Below are positions 12,501 to 25,900 of a stretch of DNA of 64,000 bases, in pieces. Below the pieces are notes generated by a model. It did no database searches and had not been told where the DNA came from. It saw only the letters and a list, made by a program, of their open reading frames with translations. The DNA is from Takakia lepidozioides (taxonomy: Eukaryota > Plantae > Bryophyta), in assembly GCA_030704615.1 (NCBI GenBank), contig CM060731.1, forward strand, positions 54,250,001 to 54,314,000, given 5' to 3'. The position numbers were made by a program, and so were the translations under genes. Positions within the stretch are counted from its first letter, which is position 1; each line of letters begins with the position of its first letter.

Positions 12501-13179
12501 GGTAAGAACTTAATGCCATCTGAGGGTAATTTCGCCGGATTCTGGCAGCTTGGGTTCCTCCGGCAGGGGCCCCTGTCAAATCCTCCCCACCCCCTCTTAC
12601 CTTGGTTCAGTATTAAGTACTCAAGAATCCAAGAGGGTTTCAAGCTATGGATGGTTTTTTTTTTTTTTTTTTTCCCCAGTTTGGGCGATGGCGACTTTGG
12701 CCGGACAAGAGTTGGACGACTGCCGAGTACAATTGAAGACATGTTGCGGGCCTTTACATTAGAAGAACAAGAAGAGTGGGATTGGTTATTACCATTGGTC
12801 TGTCGGTAAGGTGATTGCAATGTATGTGGCAAAATTTCAGGTTCAATTTATGGAGGCTATTGTGGTATAACCGGGGTATCGATATCCCAATTGGTGTAAC
12901 CCTTTGTAACCCTGGTTTTCCGTGTAACTCTTCTTAGCCATTTTATACTTAGCCAAATTTGAACATAGTCAAATTTCAAAAGCGTTAGTTACACTCCATT
13001 CTGTGTAGCCCCGAGTGGAGCTACACACCCCGTTGTGTAACCCAGTGTAAACCACGACTGGAGTTTACACTCCTTCAGTTCTATGTCACTCTCAAGATAG
13101 GGTGGGGAAGATTTGACATGCCGGAAACCCGCGTGGTGCCATCCTATCAGAGGTTGCATGTGTGCATTAAGTTCTTACC
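12501..13179. mobile_element. Long-TIR MITE (679 bp)
   Basis: Perfect 16-bp terminal IR GGTAAGAACTTAATGC / GCATTAAGTTCTTACC, extended by TGTCAAATCCTCCCCACC / GGTGGGGAAGATTTGACA. No clear TSD, so the superfamily is not assigned. Confidence 0.7.
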
Positions 13180-16100
13180 TCATTTCTATTATCTTCCAAT
13201 TGTAAGCTGGATTGCAAGATCATATTTGTAGGCATGAACAGAAGCCCTAAAAACTGCACACTGCTTATCAAAATACTCCAAAATGAAATGCACTGGTCTA
13301 GAATGTTTGGGCAAGCTCTTGGGGCTACCTCCTTTATAGTTATATACTAGTTTCAGTAATTTTAAGGCATGCAATCCCCCCAACCGTCCAGCGGGTTGAG
13401 TCGGCCTTCTCCCAAAAAATAAAAAAATACTATCATTTGAATACTAGACACACTTGGATGAAATCCATCCACTGCCCTTTCTCACCCTCAAGGGCCACCC
13501 AGGCCCGAGTTAGACGCCATAATCAGCGTTTGTGGGCCCTTCCCTCCGCCCGGGGAAACTAAGTTAGTAGCCTCTGCACCCCTGACCCATTCGAACGGTG
13601 GGCGGCCCCTGGAGAAACCCGCCCTCACAATGAGCAGGTGTAGGGGGTGGACCCGCTTCCTGATCTTTTGGCCCAAACATGTAGAGCAGTTTCATTGGGA
13701 CCCTGATTCTAAGAGTGGTCCAGGAATTACTGTGGCCCAGGAATTAGAGTGGGGCGCTTAAGTAAGCTCAAGTCTGGGCAGGTGGCCTTGGAAAGCCCTC
13801 ATCAAATCTGGCCTCCTCTTCACTCACACTGCATCCACAAACTTTTTATTATTATTATGGGTGAACCAGTTTAGGGTCCACTAAGTGTTGTTCAATATGC
13901 TTATCTGAAACCCTAAATTTCAAACTCCAATTACCCCCAAAACGCCAAGTTGACTTCCACATGAATATTCCTCATTTGGGAGAGTCCCGCAGAGCTCATT
14001 CAATAGGTCACGTGGCTGGATGAGATAGCATGGTGGATGAAATAACACATAATCAGGCCCAATTAGTGGAGTAGCAATATTGTATTGTAGTGACTTGGAC
14101 ATTATTATCGCTAGCCACTCGGGAGCCTTGTTACACTCAGGTCATGGCCCGCCTCTCAATTTTGTGTCGCCTCTGCATCATCAACATGCCACTCCACTCT
14201 GCAACCCTCACTATTCTCCTGTTCTTTGCTATATATCCATTAAACGACATGGTTGCAGCAGAAACTGAAGAGTAGTGCAGAGGTAAGAGGATGATGCTCC
14301 TACCCAGGAGGTTGAGGGTTCGGATTGGTAGATGGTACAATTCTGCCCTGATTCCATGGACACAAGTTGTAACTACTCGCATGGAGGTTGTGTTCAGCTT
14401 CATGGAAGAAATGCAGCTACCTGCATTGGAAGGTAGTCATAAACTTCCTAAAAGAAATCTAAATCGTCGATCCAATTAATCTGCATGTAGGTAGTTCCTG
14501 GCCTTCCTTTAAAACTGGTGGTGGTGGTGCTCACCCGACCGCCAGTCCCAAGTCTTAATGCTTGTACATATTTCACAGAAGAGCTCCTCATTAAGACAAC
14601 CTGTTCACTAAGGTTGAGACATTGAAACATAAAACCTTCGGCCACTCAGTAAACCACCAAAATAATCTTCAATCCAAAATCCAGCTAGGCTCCGTGAGAG
14701 ACAGATGTGCGGCTGCATGGGGGAGAAGAGCCGACACAGGAAAGCAGGGATCAAGTCATCCATGTAGAAGCAGCAAAGAGATTCCACAGGTTGCTCAAAC
14801 AGAGCGGCTATACATAACCTCGGTTGAATTTGTAGCCTGTAGATCGTCGAGACACCTAACATACCCCGGCTGGCACAGCATTTGGGTCTTAAACAGCCGT
14901 CTCCCTCATCACCGCAAAGGGGAGATGCGCCCAATTGCCCAGAGTTAGTAAGACAGCACAATGAATGTGGTGACCAACCTCAACCTCATTTGGAGGCCAC
15001 ACCAAATTCCACACAAAATTCAGTGAGGTTGAATAGAAGCTCTGACAACATAAGGTTAAAAGTTTGTAGCAAATTATAAACAGCAAAATGGGTGCTTAGA
15101 GTGTAGAGAGGCAGCATTTATGGAGGGTTGACAGTTGAGTGAGGTACGCAGAAGCTTCTCAACAGTGGACACGGAAAAGCAATCTTCGATGACAAGAGTC
15201 CTGGGAAGGTGACGCTGCCAAATTGGCACAGGGCGGCATGGGTAACTTTTGGGCGACATGGGCGCTTTTCCGTGTCTTTTGCTTTACCCTGGGTAAGTTA
15301 AGTGAGAAGAGGCACGCAGAGCGCTGCATTGGTGGTGGCACTTGAAGAGCATTGAATGAGCGCGAGCAGGCCAGGCTACCTCGCTCTAAATTTGATGCAA
15401 TCGCTGCAACAGTATTGGAGCGCGAGGGGAGTCATAAAGACAGTGCGCCGCTGCACGCACCTCGCCATGGGGACATTCAAGAGCACAGCACACGCAGTGC
15501 AGTGGGACTGCGAAGCAGAATGCGGGCGAACGAGGCCCTCAATGCTGCCGTGTTCTTGTGCTGTGCTGGGGTTCAACGTTGAACCTTTTCTGCCGCCTGA
15601 CACCCACGCATTATCACAAGAGGGAGCTGAGCTTAGCATGATCAAGAAATTTAAGCTGACTGCTCCTCTGGGGTTACCTCGACAGTACCGTACACATGAG
15701 AGCCGTCTCGTACATGGTCTTGTACACCATCATAAGTGTGTCGTCGTGGAGGGAGGTGTTGAGGCGGTTCTTGCCCCGTCGTATTTTGTTAGAGGCTTCT
15801 CCCCCGCCCTGTATACTTTCTTCTATTCTTGTGAGCTGTTCGACCAGGTGATGCGTATGCTCGCGCTCGAAATTTCTCTGATCTAGACAAGTCTCGCCAA
15901 CTTGAGTGTCTCTATGCCATTGTGAATATCTCCAACTGGAGGCGGCGCTGGTAAATTTCTGTTTATTCTCTCCGGTGATCCTTTGTATCTGTGGACTTCA
16001 TGCAAACTGATCGCTTGTGGATTAACCAACACAAGCCACCCGTCTGCATGTCTTACTTTCTCTTCTTTCCCCCTCAAAATACAACTGCTAAACGTTTGGA

Positions 16101-16921
16101 CATTCAAGTCATCAACTCTCCACGCTGCTCCTCTTTTCTGTTAGCTTCCCGAAGCCTTTTCATCTTACTAGTGCCTGTTTTACCGGTTGTGCGCAGAAAT
16201 GTGTGGTCTAGAATTTTAGCTTCCGAGTGATAGGAGTTCATGAGTCACACAATTCCGTCGTTGTTATGCAGATCTTACATTCCTTCCCCAAACAAGATGG
16301 CGGTTGTTGACTCCTGCCGCATGGAGACGTCGGATCCAATTAACGATAGTCTGAGCCGTGTTTACGGTATAACCTGGACGTGCAGGATCATGAATAGAAA
16401 TCGCACTGATTTCACTTTTGTCGTCTGATTTTTTCACTTGCTAGATGGAACTTGCAGGAGCAGCTTCTTTGTCCGAAATTGACGCTGCAGTGTGTTCCAT
16501 GTTTGTTGGTTGATACGTAGGCCGTATGTACTTCCTTGTTAATGAAGTAGTCACGGTTTCCCCATAATCTCATTTTTTTTCTCACGAATAAAAAGTGGAC
16601 AGTTCACACACGCTCTCTCTAGAGATGCAATGATGATGTTCATTCTGCCTTTCTTAGTTCTCTCTATGCCCTCGGAGGATTAGCAACGACCATCTCTCCT
16701 CATGCAAACATTGGACTGCTGTGAAGGCAATACATCTATTCCACAGACTCCTCAATATTCGTGACAGGTGCCGCAACGTCTTCATCTTAAGCCCAAGCAC
16801 GCTTAATTATACCTCTGCTAACATGAGCTGACTTTTAACATGATGGATTTTCCAACATGCAGTACTTGATTCATCTTCGATTCAATCCAGAGGGTTTCCA
16901 GGGGAAGAGGACTACCAGCAT

Positions 16922-19900
16922 ATGCCGGTGGAAAGAGGACCTCCAAAATCAGAGGAAAACTTTGTGAAGAAAGATGGAAAGACGAAGATCAACAAAGTGC
17001 CATTTTACAAGCTTTTCGCATTTGCCACCCCTTTTGACTATCTGCTTATGACGTTAGGCAGTCTTGCGGCGGTTGCACACGGGGTCTCCTTTCCCATGTT
17101 TTTCCTCTTTTTTTCAAAGCTCATAGACGCATTTGGTGGGAATATTTTTAACGTCGAGAAACAAACCCAAGCACTTTTCAACGTGAGCAATCCCTCTCTT
17201 TTGTTTTTGAATACAAGAATGATTCAAAGGATAGTCGCTTCAATCCTTACTCCTGTTGTGTACACGATGCAAATTTGATTTCTAAGCCTCAGCATCCTGA
17301 GAGGTGCGATATCTAGCATCTGGGAGTACTTGGATGCCAAATGTTTCCTCCCGAACGCCTCTCTCTTTCTTCTCTCCTAGCTTTGTGAATGGTGTTGAGA
17401 CTGACGTGAATGCTCACTTTTGTGTGTTGTTGCAGTATTCTTTGAATTACTTGTACTTGGGGATCATCGTTCTGGTGTCGGCTTGGATAGGTAAGCACTT
17501 TACCTGTCAATTTCGCCCATATACCGCTATTGTGGCAAGACACAGAGACCTGGCAAAGACATGAGAATGTTCAAGAGATCGAAAAGAGAGAAATGAAATG
17601 AAATGGTGCTTTATAACGTCCGTGGAAAGCTCATAGAGCTTACGGGACAAAATGGACGAACATGAGAGAGGAACAAATCCAGAAACCACAATTAATGTTC
17701 TAGCGATTGTCTAAGGGTGAAGGCCTCGTGCAGGTAGGCTGCCAAGCATTTTGATCCACTATGAGGATCAAAAACCCTAGGTTGGGTTTATTCTGAGAAA
17801 GGGAGTTGTGGAGACAATATCTGTGGTTGGTTACGACACGATCTCACGTAGGCGCTACTCCATGAATCGGAAATGTGATAAGCTCTGCAGTGGAATATAC
17901 CTTAATTATACCACCAGATAGTTACAAAAAATCAAGTTTCATCATTTCTGTACGATTCTGTGCAGAGGTGGCTTGTTGGATGCAAACGGGTGACCGACAA
18001 TCGGCAAGAATTCGAACTGAATATTTGAAAGCTGCACTTGCTCAGGATATTGGATTCTTTGACAAAGATGCTTCAACGGTAGAAGTTGTCAGCCGTATCT
18101 CCACTGACATTCTTCTCGTCCAAGATACTCTTGGTGAAAAGGTCAGAGATGTTCCATTTTGCATCCATGGGCTGATGAAACTCTACATATTCTTTCTTCT
18201 CTTCTACCTCAGGCCTATTTCCATCTCTCTACCTGACCCTTGACTCTCATCTCTGTGGATCTTCCTCGGTTCCTCTCTGCCTAAACGGATACTGAAAATT
18301 CTGGTTCCTTCATGGGGTCAAAACCCTTGATTGAAGGTACAATCCATGAGCATGCATTGTGAAATATTACCCATGTCCGAGCTTGTAGAATCTGCCTTCA
18401 TGGTGGTAGGTGACTAATGTAAGGCTTTCACTTGTTTGCATGTTCAGATGGGGAACTTTCTACATTATACAGCAATTTTTGTGGCAGGAATGTGCGTGAG
18501 CTTGTCATCTGTCTGGCAGCTTACACTTGTAACTGTCTCAGTTCTCCCTATTTTATCGGTTTCTGGTGGTGTGTATCTTTTCTTGAAGACGGGCCATGCT
18601 GCCCAAATTCAGAAAGCTTATGTGAGGGCAGGCGAGATTGCTCAAGAGGTGAGCATTATCAAGCTTGTCATGAATCTTGAATCTAAAGTTGGGGTGCACA
18701 TATTCTGGTTGTAAGTGGCCTTGGAGGTGCTGCATAGCACCGAAACTCTGACTGAATAGTTTCAGGTGATACGTGCATTCACATATTGCAAAGGGATGTT
18801 TAGGATGATCTAAGCTAAATGATTCTATACCTTGCTGTTCTTTGGGTATGTCATGGGTAGGCGATCTCTCAAGTCCGCACTGTATATTCTTTCGTGGGGG
18901 AGTCAAAGGCTGTGGCAGCCTACAGCGAAGCACTTGAGATTACATTATCCAAATCCAAGAGAGGAGCTATTGCCAAGGGTTTAAGTGTGGGGGTCTTGCA
19001 TGGGGTTCTTGTTGGTGTCTGGGCATTGCTTTTCTGGTATGCAGGTGTCCTTGTTATTGGAGGTGTCACTGTTGGTGGCAAGGCCTTCACGACTGTCATA
19101 TGTGCTGTCATCAGTGGCCTGTAATGTCTCACCGCCCCCAACCATCTCCCCCGGCCCTTCTCTCTGTCACATAATTCACACCCTCTCTCCTTTGGGCCTC
19201 ACTCAGGAATGATTTAAGTTTACTTTTTTCTTCCTCATTCAGATGTAAGGACTGAGAGTGCTTGGCGACTTACCTGCCTGGGCACACTCCATCTCCATAC
19301 AACTTTTGGTGTTCATTATTTCTGTGATTCTACTTTGTTGTTGTACTTGTACACTGTTTACCCATTCGCCCACCCTTAGGGCCTTCTGTGAACATAGCAA
19401 TATCGTCATTATCTTCGTCCTTTCTCTTTCTCTCCAAGATGGACGTTGTGCTCATGTAAGTGATTACAAATCCGCATGAATTTGCAAAAATATTCAATGG
19501 GAATTCGTATTGAGTTGGCATGTGGGTTTGTCCTGAAGCTCGTGATATCATGGCCAACACCGCAGCGTGGGGGGCATGGAAAAGGGAAAGAAAGGAAGAG
19601 AAAGGAAGTTGAAAGTAATGATAATGAGATTCAGCTTCTCATGTATTGTCAGGCCTCTGTTGCCAATGTCAAAAGGAAGAGGCTTCTGGCATTGTTCAAT
19701 TTCCAAACAGATGCTGCACTGAAGTGAGACGGATTTGTTAAAATTACAGTATGGGAGATGCATGTGCGTTGAAGTGCCATTCTATAGTCCGGCGATGAAG
19801 GCCCAGTATTGTCATCCAACACATGGAACATTCTCTCCTGCAGTAGACTATTAAATACCCGCAAGTTTCAAGCTGGGAAACAGTAGCTGGATAAACTAGG

Positions 19901-22900
19901 AAAAGCAAATTGACACTGACAGATTTTCTTGCAATCCAGAGCTATTGAGGTTAGCGTCTATAAGAAGGCATGATTGTGAAATGCTCTTTTGGTGCTCTCT
20001 TGTGCTCCTGGTGGCAGTTGAGTGTCTCTCTAATACATGGGCACTTATCCCCTTGTTGCAGTGCCTTGGGTCAGGCATTGCCAAACCTACAGATGTTTGC
20101 GAAAGGAAGAGCTGCAGCATACAACATTCTGCAGATGATCGAACGAAAGGATGTCAGTGACCACAAGAGTGCGTCCAACAAGGGGAAGGTCCTTCCCTGT
20201 GTCAAGGGGCACATAGAATTCTGCAATGTGTGTTTTCACTACCCTTCCCGGCCAGATGTGCCCATTTTTGACAACTTCTGCCTCTCAATTTCTGCTGGAG
20301 AGACTGTTGCAATCGTTGGTGGTAGCGGATCGGGAAAGAGCACTGTTGTGTCCCTCATTGAACGCTTCTACAATCCCACTTCAGGTAAATGTAACGATTC
20401 AATCTTGTCTCATCCAACTCTAGTATTCAATTTCCATCAGAATGAGCCTCCATGTATCATTATTCCTTGATTCCTTGTTCCGTACTCATCCTATGCTATT
20501 GATACCAGATAGTGATGATGCTCCTTCAGATATATGCTCTGGATTAGAAAATGTTTGAAGTGGAATATATTCGAATGGGCTCTAATACATTGAACCCATA
20601 TTGTGGATGGACTATGAAGGGGACATACTACTGGACGGATACAGCCTGAGCAGCCTGCAACTGCAATGGCTGCGAGGGCAGATAGGTCTGGTGAATCAGG
20701 AACCTGTATTGTTTGCCACCAGTATCTATGAGAACATTCTGTATGGGAAGGATGGTGCTACCACGGAAGAGATCCACAAGGTGGCTGAAGCTGCTAATGC
20801 ACATTTGTTCATTAGCCAACTGTCAGATCAATACAACACTCAGGTACTTGGAGCAGTCTGTAGTTCCAGCAACCTGTTAAGAACACTGAATCCCATTGCA
20901 GAAATGGATGTTTCTTCTGTCCATTTGGTGATATATTGGCTTCAGTAGGATTATCACCCTGGTTCACTCTGGATTACCACTCTGGTCCACTGAAGTTTTT
21001 CCAAGAGATGTACTCCTTAATTCCAAAGGTCTCATGCTTAGTTGTGGCTCAAACTACTGACCGTGAACCTTGGGATGATCCACTATTTGATCAAAGTGAT
21101 AGCATCTTGGGGAGGTTAACTGCACAGGATATTCTGTATACATTGATGAAAGCTGTAGTATTTTGGGGAGGTTAATTCCACAGCGTACTCTATATATGAG
21201 TAGGACACATGTCTCAGGAGTTACAGTTGAGTCCTAGGAAATGTTGTATAAGGGTAGGTGCTGTTTGAATGATCTGATGTAACCCATGCCTAATGATGCA
21301 ACTATTTCCTTTTTCCATAGGTCGGGGAGAGGGGCGTGCAGTTGTCCGGGGGTCAGAAGCAGCGTGTAGCCATTGCAAGGGCAATGCTAAAAAATCCCTC
21401 CATCCTCCTCCTAGATGAGGCCACAAGCGCTCTGGATTCAGGATCCGAGCAAATTGTGCAGGAAGCTCTTGACAGATCAATGCTTGGTCGTACAACGGTG
21501 GTGGTGGCCCACCGACTATCCACTGTACGAAATGCCCATCAAATCTTTGTGGTGGAACAAGGGCGCATTGTAGAATCAGGCACACATGACGAGCTCTTAG
21601 GTACTTTCAATCTGATATGTACATATTCTGTTAGTTTCAAGCATAGCTGGTGTAAATCGATTGTTCTTCAACAAGTGATATATGAACAGTTTCTTCATAG
21701 CTGCCCGCTCATCCACAGGTTCTCCCCAGAATCCATTCTTCAAGAAGTGATATGTCAATATTTTCTTCGTAGTTGCCCCCCATCCATGGATTTTCTCCAG
21801 GTCCTACAGCTCTTTCTCTTATTTGATGGTAGATAGGACTATCCTATTCGATTTGAATGGGCGTGTCTCGTTGGCCACGACTGTTGTCATCATTGGTAGG
21901 TTCAAGGTATGTGGATTCTTACCATAAGTGCACTGCTATCAGGAAAAGGGGAGATGGGGGCATATGCTGCGCTTGTGAAGTTGCAAGGGGCTGCTCAGAC
22001 TGTGCCACACAAGTATTCGATTGGGCAGGAGGGCAAGCCACACACCGAATGTGGACCAGAAATTCTAAGAAAATCCAGGTTGGTGAAGGATTCCGGAAAT
22101 TTCTACCTTTCTTCATTTGAAACTGAAGAACACTTCTTCTTTTGTATTATGAGATCCATGGGGGATTCCACTGTCTATTCCATGGAACTCAATCTCTCAC
22201 TTAAGTCTTCCATTATGAGGATCAGAAATACTTGGCAGCTTACCTGCACGAGGCCTTGACCCTTAGACAATCCCTTGAGCAGTAGTTGCTTTTGGGCTCC
22301 TTTTTGGCTCTGGTTTTGTTTTCTCTCTCTGGTTCTTTCCCCTTTTGTCCATAAGCTCTTTGAGCTTTCCGCGGACGTCATAAAGTACCATTTCGTTTCA
22401 TTTCACATCTGAGTAAGCTTCTTTCCTGTTTTTGAGAGAGAATCTACTCGCAAGATGTTGATTCCTGTAGCCTTGTGGCCATAGACACCCAGTTTGGCAG
22501 AACAAGAGTGAGCACACACTACCTTGTGAGGGCTCACTCCAGTAGTGGGACTTACCTGGTTTAGACAATTGATCAGGGCTTTCAAGATTTCCTTTAGAAA
22601 GCCCTTCACACAAGCTTCTATCTGCTGTGTGTGAGCTGCCCAGCAATTAGACCAAAACAGGGCAGGGCTTTAGGCTCAGCCTCGAGATTTTGGAACTTGG
22701 TGAGCGGACGTTCAGGGACTACGTTCATTGCACTGAAGAGCGTCGCTCTCTGATGAGAATACCTGGGACATTGTATCCTAAAATGGATACTGTCTTCAGG
22801 CCACCCGCACATTGGGCAATGAGAGTCTCTTTTCCATTCTGCATCTGTTTATGTTGAAAGGTAGACTCCCCGCCCTGAGCTAAATTTCAGTCTAGTGCTG

Positions 22901-25900
22901 AGGTTAGGCAGGCCATTAAGATCATCCTTAAGGTCCTCGACCATGTCACAAACTGGTAACAAGTTTAGTTTTTTGTCTTCATCTAGCAGAGTGAGTTCTT
23001 CCTGCAATTACTTATTCCTGCATACACTCTCCTCTACCTTTTTCCGCCAGGACTTCTCTTGTTGACAACTCGAAGAAAACTCAGGAAGGGGGCACATGGA
23101 TCTCTTCACTGCCCCATTTTTATTTGAGATCCCCCCACAATCATTCAAGGCCACCACCAAGCATTTACTAACATTGGCTTCTAGCCTCGCCAGGTCAAAG
23201 TACCTCTCGCACAATCAATCAACTCCTGAAGATTGAATGGGGTATCTTCTGGACCCTCGCAGTCATCCACAAACATAAGAGCTGGTATGGTAGCATCACC
23301 CACCTTTAACCCAAACCCCTAGCTTCTTCAAGGAGCTGATTAATGATAACAGCATTCGGAGAGGATAGAACCTTGAGCTACACCTTGGTCGATGTCAAAG
23401 AAATTAGACTTGAGGCCATTGACCATAACACAACTGTTGCTGTTGACATACAGGTTGTGAACCATCCTCCACATCTTTCCCCTGACCCCAGAATAACACA
23501 GTCAAAGCCACAGCCCGTCACACCAACTGTCATAAGCCTTTTTCACATCCAGGAAGAAGACAGGTAGGTTTTCCCTCTTTTTTCCTTCCCTGAATTGTCA
23601 GGCTGAGGCTAAAAACTTGGTCAACGCAGCCCCTATTATTCCAGAAGCCTGCCCGACTTCATGGTTAACACTTCCAGACGCCAAATCAACTAATCCCACA
23701 CAACAGCTTCCTCCAACTGCACTATGAAGTTTAATGCCACGGTAGTTACTCAGGTTGTTTTCTATTCTACCGACTGACAATGGCACCCTCTCTCTCCAGC
23801 CATAGGGTATCATTTCGGTCTTCCAAATAAGGTTAAAGATGAGGGCAAGGGCTTCTACCATAGGATCGCTGCCATGCTTAATTAGCTCGTTGACAATGTC
23901 ATCTCTCCCACCAGCTTTATAGCCCTTTAGATGTTCTTTTGCTTCAGCAATCTCAGAACATATCCCTCCATTCTTTAGAAAACCCCTCACTATTAGAATG
24001 TACTCACGAGATATTGTGTGCCATAGCCTTGTGGCTATAGACCCTCCCTACTATTACAGACGGTTTCTTAGCCTTTTCTAGCTGATTTACATCTTTTCGC
24101 AGCTGGTATTATCCAGACCACTGCTTTGTCATCTTCGATATTACAGCAGCCCCTGCACTTTCTACCACAATTTGCAGAGGCTGTCGTGCGGGCACACATC
24201 TTAAGGCAACACTTGTAGCTGTTGACATCCTAGACCATCCTGTCCTTAGTTTTCCATGTCTCTTCCATGTCTTTTGCCCAGCACAAATGTGAATGCCATT
24301 AGCTTGAAGAACTTGTCCGACGTTAAATTGTTTCCTTTGGCTAGTCAGCCCACTGAAGTTAAAGGTTCCCAGCTGTAAGCCAGCCTTTTGCATACAAATT
24401 GTCTGTTGTTTAGGTCGCTTTTGAACGCTCCTGGAAATCCTGCAATCCTGCATTTATGGGTCAGCTTCTTTGCACCTTGTGTAAACTTTGAGGATTGTCG
24501 TGCCATATCCTTCGTTCAAGCTTGATTAGTCACTGCATTTAAAGACAGGTCTGACTAACATGGTCTTCTTGTATAGACTTTTTGGGCTTGGCTTACCACT
24601 AGGTTCCCCATCCTAGTAGTGCATTCTGGGTCAACCTCTTCCAGGACTTCAAGCAAGTTGGAAGCTCTCCAGGGCCAAACTTCTCTTAGTTTAATTTGCT
24701 GTGGGACTGTACCTGTCAATGTAGCAATTTTTGACATAGTCACCAATTCACCTCTGTTACCAATTCTCAAGATGGTGATAAGCCAAGCCGAAATTTGAGC
24801 AAGTGACACGTCCGTCCTGGGATTCACCCCAAAAACTACACTAGAAGCTCTAGTGTTGGGATAAGTAAATAGCGACCGGGAAGCACGCTAGGGATATGAA
24901 CATTATCTGGAAAGTGATGGCAGGTGCAGCGGTTTAAACGTTTAAACGTAAGTGCACAGCAGAGCGCAAGTGTTGAGCATGTAGCCAGAGCTCGCAACTT
25001 CATAGAAGCTGCAGGGAATGGGCCCGAGTAGGCATATGGGTGGGAGAGAAATGAATTGAAATGAAATGATACTATAGAATGTCCGTGGACAGCTCAAAGA
25101 GCTCGTGGGACAAGAGAACGCATGAAACAAGAAAGAGAGAGGGGCCCTCCACAAGCAGCCCAAACAACTATTGCTCAAGCGTTTGTCTATGAGTCAATGC
25201 CTAAGCAGCTAAGCAAGCTGATCCTCATGATGGAAGATGTCTGTGACAGACTGGGTATCTTAGGCTAGATCTCCCATGGAGAGGAAATGAAATGAATACA
25301 AATGGTTCTTTCTAACATCCGCGGAAAGCTCAAAGAGCTTATGGGAGAACTCCTTGCAACATAAGCTGAAAGAATGGAGGGAGATAGAGAGAAAGAGGTA
25401 GGTGTTTCTTGAATATCTTCTGGAGTCAACAGCTTATTTCAATCTTGCAATTTTAGGTGCCGCACGATATGTACCCTGAAAGAGTAAGTTCGAGTGTTCA
25501 CCCTGACAAGATGGCAGATATACATATGTTGGGAGACTGGAGAGATGTATGGTGGGGTATATGATGCTAGGTTGGTCGGGTTAAAATATGACAGGCACTC
25601 ACGTGGGTCATCTCTCTCTCAACGTTGGAGCCAGCGATTCAGCTTCCAAATGAGTGAGCAAGATGTAGAATCAGAGGTGTCTTACCTTGGGTCAGAGTTT
25701 GAAGGTCAAGTGAACATCGAGAAAGAGGAGTACTCGAGGCCTTCAACATGGCGACTGTTCCGCCTCAATGGAGCAGAATGGCCTCATGCTATCTTGGGTT
25801 CTATCGGTGCAATAGTTTCAGGATGGAAAACACCCCTCACTGGGCTTGGCATGAGTACAATTCTTGTGTCCTTTTATTATGAAGATCCTCTGTACATCCA

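Noticed and set aside
13200-16430. Numerous short ORFs on both strands, including 15356..15886 (176 aa)
   Set aside because: No recognisable domains or consistent exon structure; likely promoter/5' UTR and decayed repeats.
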